In this document: positions 63,498 to 64,000 of the stretch, in pieces
How the letters are laid out: the number at the start of each line of letters is the position of its first letter
Numbering within the stretch: position 1 is the first letter of the stretch
Source: Gammaproteobacteria bacterium
Lineage (GTDB): Bacteria; Pseudomonadota; Gammaproteobacteria; GCA-001735895
Length of the DNA: 64,000 nucleotides
Assembly: GCA_050291745.1 (NCBI GenBank)
Contig: JBNKKI010000050.1
Coordinates: 32,012-96,011 of the forward strand
Reading direction: 5' to 3'
The notes under the pieces: generated by a model
What the model was told of the DNA's origin: nothing
Database searches by the model: none
What the model saw: only the letters and a program-made list of their open reading frames with translations
Position numbers and translations under genes: made by a program

Positions 63498-64000
63498 ATG
63501 AGTATCAGGAACAACCCCCTTTGGTTTATTTTATTCTTAGTGGCTGGTTTTATCCTTCCGGTCACAAGTTATGCATCTGCAACGGGTGAAAGACTTGACC
63601 TGACTGACCATTGGGTAGGCTATGCTTCTCTTACAATTTTTGCACTTGCTTATTTACTGGTTATGGCAGAAGAATTTATGCACTTGCGTAAATCAAAACC
63701 GGTAATTCTGGCAGCAGGCATTATCTGGATTCTGGTTGCATTTGTTTATTCTCAACATGGTGATACACATACAGCTGAAATAGCTATTCGTCATAATATT
63801 CTCGAATATTCAGAGTTGTTTTTATTCCTGCTGGTCGCTATGACTTATATCAATGCGATGGAAGAGCGTCTGGTATTTGATGCACTTAAATCCTGGCTTG
63901 TGAGTAAAGGTTTTACCTTACGCCAGTTATTCTGGATAACTGGGATCATCGCTTTTTTTCTATCTCCGATAGCCGATAATCTGACCACCGCTTTGTTAAT
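63498..64000 (+). CDS. nhaD: Na+/H+ antiporter NhaD, N-terminal part (runs off window)
   Basis: Not in the ORF track. AGGAG RBS; translation LDLTDHWVGY...MAEEFMHLRKSKP...LLVAMTYINAMEER...SPIADNLTTAL. Confidence 0.9.
   Translation, partial: MSIRNNPLWFILFLVAGFILPVTSYASATGERLDLTDHWVGYASLTIFALAYLLVMAEEFMHLRKSKPVILAAGIIWILVAFVYSQHGDTHTAEIAIRHNILEYSELFLFLLVAMTYINAMEERLVFDALKSWLVSKGFTLRQLFWITGIIAFFLSPIADNLTTALL

Overview
AT-rich chromosomal segment of a gammaproteobacterium. CbbQ/CbbO, a PPi-dependent PFK, an H+-PPase and a sulfur-globule-like protein suggest a chemoautotroph, probably a sulfur oxidiser (inference). Core blocks: the type IV pilus Pil-Chp operon; gshB-apbE-tonB-algH-ruvX-pyrRBC'; pilT-pilU-pilU2 with yggS-proC-yggT-yggU; oxyR; cbbQO; folD; ppa, pfp, adk and hppA; mrdA-rodA-mltB-rlpA-dac-dat-ybeD-lipB-lipA; and a partial nhaD. 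An accessory stretch (about 22.4-36.2 kb) carries an ECF43-type sigma factor with a Ser/Thr kinase, a kinase-HDOD fusion, and a run of small cassette-like genes (immunity-like, TlpA, MerB-like). The most striking unannotated structure is a dense set of three non-autonomous, hairpin-rich repeat families (called A, B and C here). A and B have IS1380-like CCTRG ends. The families nest into each other, one copy splits a gene, and one composite sits at an apparent strand-composition switch directly upstream of a cbbQO pair with no adjacent RuBisCO gene. Other highlights are a structured leader RNA candidate before adk-hppA, a gshA shrunk to three in-frame fragments, and an apbE that appears to use a non-canonical start codon. 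All calls come from reading the sequence and motifs by eye; no searches were run.
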